64,000 bases of DNA from an uncultured Clostridia bacterium. Its GTDB lineage: Bacteria > Bacillota > Clostridia > TANB77 > CAG-508. The position numbers and the translations under genes were made by a program. The notes under the pieces were generated by a model. The model made no database searches and had not been told where the DNA came from. It was given only the letters and a program-made list of their open reading frames with translations. This document shows, in pieces, positions 1 through 9,786 of the stretch (position 1 is the stretch's first letter; each line of letters begins with the position of its first letter). Location of the stretch: the NCBI GenBank assembly GCA_947588945.1, contig CANPZY010000002.1, positions 29,592 to 93,591 on the forward strand, written 5' to 3'.

Positions 1-91
1 TTATATAAAAATTTTACCAGGGGATAAAGTTAAGATAGAATTATCTCCATACGATTTAACAAAGGGAAGAATTACATGGAGAGCAAAATAA
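1..91 (+). CDS. infA: translation initiation factor IF-1, 3' end (partial, runs off the window start)
   Basis: Translation ends ...LPGDKVKIELSPYDLTKGRITWRAK*, the conserved IF-1 C-terminus; followed by rpmJ as in the canonical cluster. Confidence 0.85.
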   Translation, partial: YIKILPGDKVKIELSPYDLTKGRITWRAK

Positions 92-227
92 AATAAAAAG
101 TCTAATGTATTGAAGTGTGAAGTGAGGTGTAATGGACTTACATTTGACTTCACATATCAAACATTAGCAAAATAACGCTATTAATATAAAATAGTATTAT
201 AAAAAACAAAATAGGAGGTATACGAAA

Positions 228-341
228 ATGAAAGTAAGACCATCAGTAAAGAAAATATGTGACAAATGCAAAATAATAAAAAGAAAAGGTGTTGTTAGAG
301 TTATATGCGAAAATCCAAAGCATAAACAAAGACAAGGATAA
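228..341 (+). CDS. rpmJ: 50S ribosomal protein L36
   Basis: 37-aa product [37 protein letters not shown]; RBS AGGAGG 8 nt upstream; canonical position between infA and rpsM. Confidence 0.9.
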   Translation: MKVRPSVKKICDKCKIIKRKGVVRVICENPKHKQRQG

Positions 342-624
342 TTTATTTTAGATATTAACACAAATCTAGCAAGCGGCTGATTTAGATTTGTGTTTATATA
401 TATTTTATCAATAATTTTTAAAGACTAGATAATCAAAAAATATATTTGCTATACCTTTCAAGTGAATATATTTTGTGGTTAAATAGTGCATTTCACCTTT
501 AAAAATTTAAGATAATAAAAATTTCATAAATAATGCAAAAACAAAAATTAAATAAAAAATTAAAACGAAAGAAAAATAATAAAATTTAAAGCTAAAATAA
601 AAACAAAAAGAAAGAGGTGTAAAA

Positions 625-999
625 ATGGCTCGTTTAGCAGGAGTTGATCTACCTAAGGAAAAAAGGATAGAAATTGGACTAACATATATTTATGGTATAG
701 GGCTAAAAAGTTCTCAAAAAATACTTAAAGAAGCAGGAGTTAATCCAGATGTTAGAGTAAAAGATCTTACATCAGAGCAAGAACAAGCAATAAGAAAAGC
801 AATGGATGGCTATGTTGTAGAAGGTGATTTAAGAAGAGAAGTTGCTTTAAATATAAAACAACTTATGGAAATGGGATGCTATAGAGGATTAAGACATAGA
901 AAAGGTCTTCCAGTTAGAGGACAAAGAACAAAAACAAATGCTCGTACAAGAAAAGGACCAAGAAAGTTAGTTAGTAGAAGCAAAGATAAAGAAAAATAA
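625..999 (+). CDS. rpsM: 30S ribosomal protein S13
   Basis: [26 protein letters not shown]... is the hallmark S13 N-terminus; GAGG RBS. Confidence 0.95.
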   Translation: MARLAGVDLPKEKRIEIGLTYIYGIGLKSSQKILKEAGVNPDVRVKDLTSEQEQAIRKAMDGYVVEGDLRREVALNIKQLMEMGCYRGLRHRKGLPVRGQRTKTNARTRKGPRKLVSRSKDKEK

Positions 1000-1078
1000 A
1001 AGTTTCTTAATGAATGAAAAAATTTTTCATTCATTAGAGAGAAAGTAATAAAGTAATTCTTAAGGAAGGAGAAAAAGA

Positions 1079-1477
1079 ATGGCTACTAAAAGTGGAACAA
1101 AGAAAACAACAAGAAGAAGAGTAATCAAAAATATAGAAACTGGAAAAGCACATATACATTCAAGTTTCAACAATACAATTGTTACAATATCTGATGCTCA
1201 AGGAAATACTATATCTTGGGCAAGTGCCGGAGAATTAGGTTTTAAAGGTTCAAGAAAGAGCACTCCATTTGCAGCAGGAGAAGTTGCAGAAACAGCAGCA
1301 AAAGCAGCAATGGAACATGGATTAAAAACAGTTGAAGTATATGTTAAAGGTCCAGGTGCAGGACGTGAATCTGCAATAAGATCATTACAAACAGCAGGAC
1401 TTGAAATTACATCAATAAAAGATGTAACACCAATTCCTCATAATGGATGTAGACCACCAAAAAGAAGAAGAGTATAA
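1079..1477 (+). CDS. rpsK: 30S ribosomal protein S11
   Basis: [18 protein letters not shown]...[12 protein letters not shown] is classic S11. Confidence 0.95.
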   Translation: MATKSGTKKTTRRRVIKNIETGKAHIHSSFNNTIVTISDAQGNTISWASAGELGFKGSRKSTPFAAGEVAETAAKAAMEHGLKTVEVYVKGPGAGRESAIRSLQTAGLEITSIKDVTPIPHNGCRPPKRRRV

Positions 1478-1586
1478 TTATATTTAATAAAATTGATAAT
1501 TTATTAGACGATATAAGTATAAATTAATAATTTGTCAAATTGATGAAAATATAGATTCTATTTAATAAATTGAAAGGAGAAATAAA

Positions 1587-2213
1587 ATGTCAAGATATAA
1601 TGACGAAGTGTGCCGTATCTGCCGTAGAGAAGGACAAAAGTTATTCTTAAAAGGCGAAAGATGTTATTCTGACAAATGTAGCATAAGCAGAAGAAATTAT
1701 GCTCCAGGACAAAACGGACAAAAGAAAGCAAAGCTTTCTGAATATGGTACACAATTAAGAGAAAAGCAAAAAACTAAGTCATTTTATGGTGTTGGAGAAA
1801 GACAATTTAGAAAATACTATAGTATGGCTACAAAAACAAAAGGAAAGACAGGTGAAGCTCTATTAGTTATATTAGAGAGCAGATTAGATAATGTAGTATA
1901 TAGATTAGGGTTCGCAAGTTCAAGAACACAAGCTAGAATGCTTGTAACACATGGAGCTTTTGATGTAAATGGAAAGAAAGTAAATATTCCATCTTATTTA
2001 ATCAAAGCAGGAGATGTTATTTCAGTTAGAGAAATAAAGAAAGATAATGGAACAGTAAAAGCAGCAGTTGAAGCAAATGAAGCTAGACCAGTTCCAACAT
2101 GGCTTGAAAAAGATACAGAAAAATTAACAGGTAAGGTTGTAAGATTAGCATCTAGAGAAGATGTAGACCTACCAGTAGAAGAGCATTTAATAGTAGAGCT
2201 TTATTCAAAATAA
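1587..2213 (+). CDS. rpsD: 30S ribosomal protein S4
   Basis: [26 protein letters not shown]... zinc-ribbon N-terminus followed by an S4 domain. Confidence 0.95.
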   Translation: MSRYNDEVCRICRREGQKLFLKGERCYSDKCSISRRNYAPGQNGQKKAKLSEYGTQLREKQKTKSFYGVGERQFRKYYSMATKTKGKTGEALLVILESRLDNVVYRLGFASSRTQARMLVTHGAFDVNGKKVNIPSYLIKAGDVISVREIKKDNGTVKAAVEANEARPVPTWLEKDTEKLTGKVVRLASREDVDLPVEEHLIVELYSK

Positions 2214-2263
2214 TAAGAATTTGTTTTGATTGTAATTTTATTAAATTATTTTAGGAGGTAAAA

Positions 2264-3211
2264 ATGATAGAATTTGAAAAGCCAAATATTAAGTGTGTAG
2301 AAATTGACAAAGTAAGAAACTATGGTAAATTTGTATGTGAACCATTAGAAAGAGGATATGGAATTACTATAGGAAATTCATTAAGAAGAATTCTACTATC
2401 ATCACTACCTGGAAGTGCTATAAAAAGTGTAAAAATAGAAGGAGCAGAACATGAATTTACTACAATACCAAATGTTGTAGAAGATGTTCCAGAACTAATT
2501 ATTAATCTTAAAATGGTAAGATTTAAATTAGATAAAAATGAAGAAAAAACACTTAGATTAGACTTTAAAGGTGAAGGTGAAGTTAAGGCTGGAGATATCA
2601 TTACTGATGGAACAGTAGAAATACTTAATCCTGACTTACATATTGCTACAGTATCTAAAGGAGGAAGTTTACATTTAGAAATGGTAGCAGATATGGGAAG
2701 AGGATACAATACTGCTGAAAAAAATAAAACACCTAATCAACCAATAGGAGTAATATCAATTGACTCAATATACTCACCAGTAAAAAAAGTAAACTATTCA
2801 GTAGAAAATACTAGAGTTGGTCAAATGGTTGATTATGATAAATTAACAATTGAATTATGGACAGATGGTAGCTTAGAACCTTATGAAGCATTAAGCTTAG
2901 CTGCAAAGGTTTTAACAGATCACTTAAGTTTATTTGTTGATTTATCAGAGGCCGCAAAGAATACTCAAATAATGGTTGAAAAAGAAGAAGATCAAAAGGA
3001 AAAAATACTTGAAATGCCAATTGAAGAACTTGAATTATCAGTAAGATCATTCAATTGCTTAAAGAGATCTGGAGTATCAACAGTAGGTGATTTAACAAAG
3101 AAAACAGAAAATGAAATGATGAAAGTTAAAAATCTAGGAAGAAAATCATTAGAAGAAGTAATTGAAAAATTACATGCATTAGATTTAGACTTAATGAAAG
3201 AAGAAGAATAA
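2264..3211 (+). CDS. rpoA: DNA-directed RNA polymerase subunit alpha
   Basis: [25 protein letters not shown]... N-terminal domain and helix-hairpin-helix C-terminal domain ([21 protein letters not shown]). Confidence 0.95.
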   Translation: MIEFEKPNIKCVEIDKVRNYGKFVCEPLERGYGITIGNSLRRILLSSLPGSAIKSVKIEGAEHEFTTIPNVVEDVPELIINLKMVRFKLDKNEEKTLRLDFKGEGEVKAGDIITDGTVEILNPDLHIATVSKGGSLHLEMVADMGRGYNTAEKNKTPNQPIGVISIDSIYSPVKKVNYSVENTRVGQMVDYDKLTIELWTDGSLEPYEALSLAAKVLTDHLSLFVDLSEAAKNTQIMVEKEEDQKEKILEMPIEELELSVRSFNCLKRSGVSTVGDLTKKTENEMMKVKNLGRKSLEEVIEKLHALDLDLMKEEE

Positions 3212-3277
3212 TTAGAAATACAGATTTGAAAATTTTGAATATAAAAAACAAAATCTTATAAAAAGGAGGGTAATAAA

Positions 3278-3799
3278 GTGGGAACTAGAAAACTAGGAAA
3301 AACTACAGATATTCGTTTATCAATGCTAAAAAATTTAACAACTGATTTAATCTGGCATGAAAAAATCGAAACAACGGAAGCTAGAGCAAAAGAAGTTAAA
3401 GCAGTAGCTGATAGTTTAATTGCATTAGCAGTAAAAGAAAAAGATAATTACGAAGAAATTGATGCAAAAGTTATAAAAGCAAAATTAGACAGTAAAGGAA
3501 ATAAGCAAACCGACCTTGTAAAAAGCAAGAATGGAAAAGAATTTCTTAAAGTTGTTAAAGAAGAAAAAACAGAGAAAAGACAAAAAGATAAACCATCAAG
3601 ATTAAACGCTAGAAGAAAAATGATGGCAAAATTAAATAAAGTAAAAGATAGTGATGGAAATAATATAGACTTAGCAGATAAATTATTTAATGTATTAGCT
3701 CCAAAATATGCAGATAGAGTTGGAGGATATACGCAAATAATTAGAAAAGGTGCTCGTAGAGGAGATTCATCTGAAATAGTAGTATTAAAATTAGTTTAA
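3278..3799 (+). CDS. rplQ: 50S ribosomal protein L17 with a ~60-aa lysine-rich internal insertion
   Basis: GTG start; N-terminus (RKLGKTTDIRLSMLKNLTTDLI.HEKIETTEARAKEV) and C-terminus (FNVLAPKYADRVGGYTQIIRKGARRGDSSEIVVLKLV) match L17; the central KEKDNYEEIDAKVIKAKLDSKGNK... segment is extra. Confidence 0.85.
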   Translation: MGTRKLGKTTDIRLSMLKNLTTDLIWHEKIETTEARAKEVKAVADSLIALAVKEKDNYEEIDAKVIKAKLDSKGNKQTDLVKSKNGKEFLKVVKEEKTEKRQKDKPSRLNARRKMMAKLNKVKDSDGNNIDLADKLFNVLAPKYADRVGGYTQIIRKGARRGDSSEIVVLKLV

Positions 3800-3812
3800 T
3801 TATAATAAAAAA

Positions 3813-3848
3813 GTTACTCTTAAAATTCATAAGAGTAATTTTTTTTTG
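3813..3848 (+). terminator. rho-independent terminator after rplQ
   Basis: Stem ttactctta / taagagtaa followed by a T9 run. Confidence 0.7.
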
Positions 3849-3974
3849 AAAATTTATAGTTTTAATTGCTAAATAAAAAATAATAATTTTTTATATTACT
3901 CTTTTATTTTTAAGAAAAATAGTTTAAAATATAAAAATGAAAAGTTTATAAAATAATAAAGAATAGGAGCAACA

Positions 3975-4229
3975 ATGAATATAAAATTTATTGCAGATTT
4001 GATTGATGATAAACTTGAACAAAATGAGAATTATGTTGTATTTACATTTTATGAATTAAGAATAAAACATAATTTAAATGAAGATGAGATAAGTAAATTT
4101 CTTGAATTAAGTAAAAATAGATTTGAAAATTCTAAGTATAAAGTTTACTTTACAGGTGATAAGTATATTTATCAAAATCAAGAAAAGATTGTGAAAGAAA
4201 ACGAACTATTAGTTGCAATCAAAAATTAA
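3975..4229 (+). CDS. hypothetical small protein (84 aa)
   Basis: ORF with an AGGAG RBS; no recognisable motif. Confidence 0.3.
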   Translation: MNIKFIADLIDDKLEQNENYVVFTFYELRIKHNLNEDEISKFLELSKNRFENSKYKVYFTGDKYIYQNQEKIVKENELLVAIKN

Positions 4230-4349
4230 TAATAATATTGTTGCAATTAAGATATGGTATAAAAATATTAAAAAATGAAATTATTAATTGTATAAAAAAA
4301 GCAACGATAATAAATTTATTTAAAAGAGTTTTTTAAAAGGGAAATAAAG

Positions 4350-5795
4350 ATGATTAAAGCAAAAGATAAAGAAAATTTGATTATAATAGGGATAATAACA
4401 TTACTTAGTGTAATACTATGTTTTAATTTTATTAAATTTCATACAGTACCAGACACTTATGATGTTCTTGCAAATAAACAAGAACAAAGTTTAGTTTTTT
4501 TCAAAGATGGTAGAATTATAACAGGTGCATATTTATGTTTAGGTTGTGCTTTAAATATACCTATACCAGTACTTACAGTCATATCAAGTATATTTGCAGT
4601 GATAAGTCAAATTATTGCAGTTTATATTATTTATAAAGCATTAATTCAAAAAGAGAATACAATTTTTGAGAAAGCTTTGGTTTTAATAGGAGCATTTGTA
4701 ACTATTTTCAATCCTATGAGTATAGAATATTTTGCGTATTTTGAGAGTGGAATAATTTGTTTCGGAAAATTATTATGCGTAATTGCAGGTAAAAAATTAA
4801 TACTAGATAATAAAACGTTTTTACCATTAGTTTTAATACTGCTTGCATCTATTTGTTATCAAGGAGTATTAAATGTATTTATAACAATATCAATATTGTT
4901 TGTGATTATGCAAAAAGATAAAACCTTTAAAGAGATAATGAAACAAATTTTTGGAATAGGGTATATTTGTTTAATAACATTATTTGTTATTATTATATTA
5001 ATAAAAGGTATAAATAATTTTTTAGGTGAAACTCAAGGAAGAATAGGAAGTTTTAATATACACAGAAATTATATATCATTACTTTCTTTATTAATTAGTT
5101 CATCACTTAAATTTGATTGGGATTTGTTTATAAAAAATTTTGTTCCGGTAACGTTAATTGTTACAGCAATAATATTATTAATTTTTAGAAAAAATAAAGA
5201 GCTATTTAAATATCTAGGAATAATTATTATTACACTTTTAGCTTGTACAGTTCCTATATTAATTCAAAGTTATCCAACAATGAGTGCTAGAACGGTATCA
5301 TCAATAGGATCACTTATAGGAATATCAATAATATGTTTAATTAAAAGTATAGAAAATGATAATAAAAGATTTAAACAAATTATAGTTATAGCTTTTTCAA
5401 TATGCATTTTTGGATTAAATTCATTTGGATATTTGAAAAATGGTGTAATGATAAATATATCAAATCGTTTAGAAAAAGAATATCTATTACAGATAGTAGA
5501 TGAAATTAAAGAATATGAGACTAAAGAAGGAAAAGAAATACACAATATTGCAATTTATTATAATTCAAAAAATAATTGTACATTTTGCAATTTTCCCAAT
5601 AATACATTTACTATAAAATCGCTTTATACAAGTTATGCTAGAGTTCAATCTATTGAATATTATCTAGGACATAAATTAAATGAAGTAAATGCAAATCAAA
5701 AATATATAAAGTATTTTCAAACAAAAAATTATGATAAATTTAAAGAAGAACAATTAATTTTTGAAGGAGATACATTACATTTGTGCGTGTTTTAA
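4350..5795 (+). CDS. polytopic membrane protein (481 aa), paralog of 54399..55877; possible GT-C-like fold
   Basis: About 10 predicted TM helices plus a C-terminal soluble region; the C-terminus EEQLIFEGDTLHLCVF matches the paralog's EEQLIFQDDTLHLCNY. Confidence 0.55.
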   Translation: MIKAKDKENLIIIGIITLLSVILCFNFIKFHTVPDTYDVLANKQEQSLVFFKDGRIITGAYLCLGCALNIPIPVLTVISSIFAVISQIIAVYIIYKALIQKENTIFEKALVLIGAFVTIFNPMSIEYFAYFESGIICFGKLLCVIAGKKLILDNKTFLPLVLILLASICYQGVLNVFITISILFVIMQKDKTFKEIMKQIFGIGYICLITLFVIIILIKGINNFLGETQGRIGSFNIHRNYISLLSLLISSSLKFDWDLFIKNFVPVTLIVTAIILLIFRKNKELFKYLGIIIITLLACTVPILIQSYPTMSARTVSSIGSLIGISIICLIKSIENDNKRFKQIIVIAFSICIFGLNSFGYLKNGVMINISNRLEKEYLLQIVDEIKEYETKEGKEIHNIAIYYNSKNNCTFCNFPNNTFTIKSLYTSYARVQSIEYYLGHKLNEVNANQKYIKYFQTKNYDKFKEEQLIFEGDTLHLCVF

Positions 5796-5827
5796 AAGAT
5801 AAATAACATGATTATTTTTTATTTAAT

Positions 5828-6003
5828 TAAAAAGATTAATAAAAAATAAATATATACAAAGTATAGCAAAATAAAGGTAATTATAAAAGTAAAAGAGATA
5901 TAAAAATTATTACAAAAATGTAAAGAAAATTAAGTATAAATTCTTGCAGAATCATTGAAATAAATGAACTACAAGAGTTTATACTTTTTTATTAATCTTT
6001 TTA
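5828..6003. promoter_or_regulatory. candidate invertible promoter switch P1: 19-bp inverted repeats (5828..5846 / 5985..6003) flanking a 138-bp spacer that holds a putative sigma-A promoter and a quasi-palindrome
   Basis: Left arm taaaaagattaataaaaaa and right arm ttttttattaatcttttta are exact reverse complements; the spacer carries ttcttgcagaatcattgaaataaatgaactacaagag (quasi-palindrome overlapping a TTGAAA...TATAC promoter-like site pointing toward 6128). Confidence 0.4.
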
Positions 6004-6127
6004 CTTAATAAAAAAAGATGGAAATGAAGTATTGTAATATACTAATTTAACACTTTATAAATAATAAGATTGATATAAATAATAAATATAAAAAGTTAAT
6101 AATAAAAAATAAGGAGAGAATCAAAGG

Positions 6128-7606
6128 ATGAGGAAAGTAAATTATAAGGAAAAAGGAATCACATTAATAGCATTAGTAATCACAATAATAATTCTATTAA
6201 TATTAGCAGGAGTAACGCTAACAACAGCATTGAGCCAAAACGGCTTATTTCAAAGAGCAAAAATAGCAGGAGAAAATTATAAAAGAGCAGAATCAGATGA
6301 GGCGGAAAAATTAGATGAATATTCAAGTGAGATTGATAAAATAATAAATGGAGAAGGAACATCATCATCAGAAGGAAAAATAAAGATAAATGAATTTTCA
6401 GTAAATGGAACAGATGTAACAGATGTACCTATTCCAGATGGCTTTGTACATGTAGGAGGAACGATAAACGACGGATATGTAATATCAGATGCACATCAAG
6501 ATGCAAACAAAGGAGCCGATTCAGATGAATTAATAGGAAATCAATTTGTGTGGGTACCAGTAAAACAAAATCAAAAAATAACATTAAAGGTGACAAGTGA
6601 GGAAGATATAACAAGTATAGTAGTAACAGATCCATATGGAAAAAAAATTTTAGAAAGAAATAATGAAGGAAAAAACTACAATAATGAAGAAATAGAGCCA
6701 ACAATAAATGGAGAATATAAAGTAAAAGTAACAACAAGTACAGGAGAGACAAGTAAATTATTAGAAGTATATAGTTTATATGCACAAAATTTTTGGATAA
6801 CGGAAAAATTAATTCTTGATTCAATTTTTGAAAGTATGAAAGCTATGGTAGAATCTCAGGGAGGAACAATAGAAGAACTTTTAGACGAAATGGATATGAC
6901 AAAAGAAGAATTAATAGAAGAATATATAGTCATGACTAAGAATGTAGAGAGCCTAGATGAATTTCTTGCAAAAATCAAAGCTCCAACTTTTTTCAAAGAA
7001 ACAGAAGATTATAAAACCAACGTAAATAAATACGGAGGATTTTATATAGGAAGATATGAGGCAGGAGTTTCATCAGCAGAAACAGATAGAACTGAATCAA
7101 GTAGTAATACGGAACAATTAGTAATACAAAAAAATAAATATGTCTATAATTATATATCATATGATGATGCATTAAATGAAGCACAAAAATATGCAACAAA
7201 TGTAGAAACAAATGCAAAAAGTTCATTATTAACTGGAGCAGCATGGGACAGAACATTAGGTTGGTTATATGAAACAGGAGATAAAACGATAGGAAAATTG
7301 ACAGTAGACAGTATGAGTTGGGGAAATTATAATGTTAATACTTTTTTTGAAAATACAGAAAATCCAAAAAAAACAGGAGAAAGTGAAAAAACAAAATCAA
7401 AAAATATATATGATTTAGCAGGAAATGTATCAGAATGGACTACAGAAGTCAATACCTCTGGAAGCGGTTGGCTTACTAGAGGCGGTATGGAGGGTGAAGA
7501 TGAAATTGTATCCGCTCGTGCAAATTTGCGCTCCTATTATGATTCCTCAAATAGAAAAACAAACATGGAAGTAGGTTTCCGCGTCGCTTTATATTTGTCG
7601 GACTGA
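6128..7606 (+). CDS. secreted pilin-like protein P1: prepilin-type leader/TM (KGITLIALVITIIILLILAGV) plus a C-terminal FGE-sulfatase-like C-type-lectin-fold domain
   Basis: N-terminus resembles a class III (type IV pilin) signal but with Ala at +5. The C-terminal domain has FGE-family motifs: ISYDDALNEAQKY, LLTGAAWDRTL, NIYDLAGNVSEWT, TRGG, VGFRVA. The last ~170 nt are GC-enriched. Confidence 0.7.
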   Translation: MRKVNYKEKGITLIALVITIIILLILAGVTLTTALSQNGLFQRAKIAGENYKRAESDEAEKLDEYSSEIDKIINGEGTSSSEGKIKINEFSVNGTDVTDVPIPDGFVHVGGTINDGYVISDAHQDANKGADSDELIGNQFVWVPVKQNQKITLKVTSEEDITSIVVTDPYGKKILERNNEGKNYNNEEIEPTINGEYKVKVTTSTGETSKLLEVYSLYAQNFWITEKLILDSIFESMKAMVESQGGTIEELLDEMDMTKEELIEEYIVMTKNVESLDEFLAKIKAPTFFKETEDYKTNVNKYGGFYIGRYEAGVSSAETDRTESSSNTEQLVIQKNKYVYNYISYDDALNEAQKYATNVETNAKSSLLTGAAWDRTLGWLYETGDKTIGKLTVDSMSWGNYNVNTFFENTENPKKTGESEKTKSKNIYDLAGNVSEWTTEVNTSGSGWLTRGGMEGEDEIVSARANLRSYYDSSNRKTNMEVGFRVALYLSD

Positions 7607-7888
7607 CAATGTGGAAGAATACAAGATCAAAAATGTGTGTAAAATGAAAATGTATTTTTTCTAACAAAAAATAGTAAAATTTATGATTTGATTAAAAGCA
7701 TCTCATGGATTTTACTATTTTTTTAATTTTTTCATAAAGCTTTTAATATATTCAACGCAATATTTTACTTTATTCGACATTTATTAATAAAAAAATTCCA
7801 ATTATATAATTGGAAAATAACAACTTAATCTAATATAGTCTTTGTAAAATACTAAAAATAGAATTTTAAATAAAATTATAGCAAATTA

Positions 7889-8096
7889 ATTAAGTAATAA
7901 ACTTAATAAAAATTTAGTATAGTCAAAATATATCATAAACCAAATAATTATACAAGTATAAAGAAAAAAATAATTAAAATTTTTTCTTTTTTTTATAAAA
8001 AATTTTCAAAAAAATTTTTAGTGATTTTATACTTATTTCAAGCATTATAGGATTTTAAAAGAAATAAATATTTTTTTATTAAGTTTATTACTTAAT
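7889..8096. promoter_or_regulatory. candidate invertible promoter switch P2: perfect 24-bp inverted repeats (7889..7912 / 8073..8096) flanking a 160-bp spacer with TTCAAA-N17-TATACT
   Basis: attaagtaataaacttaataaaaa and tttttattaagtttattacttaat are exact reverse complements; the arms are homologous to those of P1/P3/P4; the switch ends 68 bp upstream of the 8164 start codon. Confidence 0.45.
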
Positions 8097-8163
8097 AAAA
8101 ATATTATCAAATTATAGGTATATTAAGGAAATATACTTAAATATTAAGAAAAGGAGACTAAAG

Positions 8164-9756
8164 ATGAAGAAAGTAAATTATAAGGAAAAAGGAATCACAT
8201 TAATAGCATTAGTAATCACAATAATAATACTACTAATATTAGCGGGAGTAACATTAAATACAGCAATAAATCAAAATGGATTGTTTCAAAGAGCAAAGGA
8301 TGGAGCAGAAAAGTATATATTAGCACAGACAAAAGAAGAAGAAGTATTAAAAGAGTTAGAAAAATATATAGAAAGTGTAGGGAGTGAAGAAACAAATGGA
8401 AAATTCGAAAACAATGGAATAGACAAAACCCATGATGGAGCGAAATATGATCCGGTAGTAACAGATGATGGAATGTGGATAATATATAAAGATATAGATA
8501 CGAAGACAACAAAAGTAAATGTATATGTAGAATCAAAATATTATTATCCATCATTTGGACAATTTTATGTAGAAAAAGTTTGTTTGGCAGGAATCCTATG
8601 TAGTTATGGGTTACCGGTTTACAGTTTCTCTGACTTATCAGATTTTTATACGCAATTGATGATACTGAAATCCGAAGGAAGTTTAATATTTGATGAAGAT
8701 TATATAAGACAAAGAAAAGAAGAAATGAAAGTAGGAGTATTTTTTGAAGAATTATTAGAAAAAATGGGTGTAGATTTATATGACGCATATCAAGGGCTTG
8801 GAGAAATGATGATATCCGGGAAAGAAGATAACAATTTAGATGATTATATTAATGAACATGAAGAAGGAGAATTATTTTTAAATGGTATATCGTTGGCGAC
8901 GAGAAATAAACAACCAAATTTTTCTTATGAAAAATTAGAAACGACTTATAATAAGTTATATGGAGATAGAAAAGGTTTAGAAATACCAGAAAAAGAAAAA
9001 GAAAACACATATAAAATAAAATTACCAGATGGAAAAGAAGAAACAATAGATGGAACAGATTTATATAAAGCAAAATTTAGATATGTAACAACTAAAAATG
9101 AGAAAGTAGATATAGAAATAACCAAGAACGAGGATACACCACAAAAAATTACTTATGACAAAGTTAATAATATTAGTAATTGTATAGTAAAGGAAGAAGA
9201 ATACACATATACTTATAACTGTTTACCTTTTTTAGATGAGGGAAGTGGAGTTGGGATTTTTGATATAGAATCGATGATGAATGGAAATATAGATTACGAG
9301 AAAGTAGAAGACGGATTATTAAAATATAGATTTAACTTATGTGGATGGAATGTGAGTCGTAATGATATGGTTGAAGTTCTGTTTGATGGAGACGAAGAGA
9401 AATTAGAGGATTGGAAGTCTGTGAATACTGAATGCAAATACGTTGTTAATGATGAGCCTGTAACATGCATGGTTGGAACTTATTATGGGTCGACGTTAAA
9501 TTTTGATAGTATGAATATACCTGAGACAGTGGTTTACATGTTTGATACTTTTAGATCTTTTAATAATTATGGATCAAAAATAAAAGAGATTAAATTACCA
9601 AAGTCGTTAAAATATGGATCATATGTGTGTTATCCAAGTAAGAATATGAAATTTAAAATCTATGAGGGTTCGCTTACGAATAGCCCATGTTTTTTCGATG
9701 GTTATAAGCTAGAAGATATCGGGGGTAATGAGAATGATGTAGAGATATATAATTAG
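8164..9756 (+). CDS. secreted pilin-like protein P2 (530 aa) with a different C-terminal module
   Basis: First ~45 aa nearly identical to P1 and P4 (MKKVNYKEKGITLIALVITIIILLILAGVTLNTA...); the remainder is unrelated and Cys-rich. Confidence 0.7.
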   Translation: MKKVNYKEKGITLIALVITIIILLILAGVTLNTAINQNGLFQRAKDGAEKYILAQTKEEEVLKELEKYIESVGSEETNGKFENNGIDKTHDGAKYDPVVTDDGMWIIYKDIDTKTTKVNVYVESKYYYPSFGQFYVEKVCLAGILCSYGLPVYSFSDLSDFYTQLMILKSEGSLIFDEDYIRQRKEEMKVGVFFEELLEKMGVDLYDAYQGLGEMMISGKEDNNLDDYINEHEEGELFLNGISLATRNKQPNFSYEKLETTYNKLYGDRKGLEIPEKEKENTYKIKLPDGKEETIDGTDLYKAKFRYVTTKNEKVDIEITKNEDTPQKITYDKVNNISNCIVKEEEYTYTYNCLPFLDEGSGVGIFDIESMMNGNIDYEKVEDGLLKYRFNLCGWNVSRNDMVEVLFDGDEEKLEDWKSVNTECKYVVNDEPVTCMVGTYYGSTLNFDSMNIPETVVYMFDTFRSFNNYGSKIKEIKLPKSLKYGSYVCYPSKNMKFKIYEGSLTNSPCFFDGYKLEDIGGNENDVEIYN

Positions 9757-9786
9757 AAGAAAATTAAAATATAAAGGTAACAAAAA

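Noticed and set aside
2320-2709. Numerous 60-200-aa ORFs on the strand opposite annotated genes (for example 2320..2709, 6429..6824, 8216..8788, 17458..18060, 49503..50042, 52451..52879)
   Set aside because: Leu/Phe/Ile-rich translations are typical of antisense frames in AT-rich DNA. They lack an RBS and lie entirely inside well-supported genes.
5828-6003. Alternative reading of the IR-flanked units as MITEs
   Set aside because: Homology between copies extends beyond the IRs on both sides (into the 3' end of the upstream membrane-protein gene and into the pilin coding region), and no target-site duplications are seen. Segmental duplication of a gene-plus-switch module fits better, although a MITE origin is not excluded.
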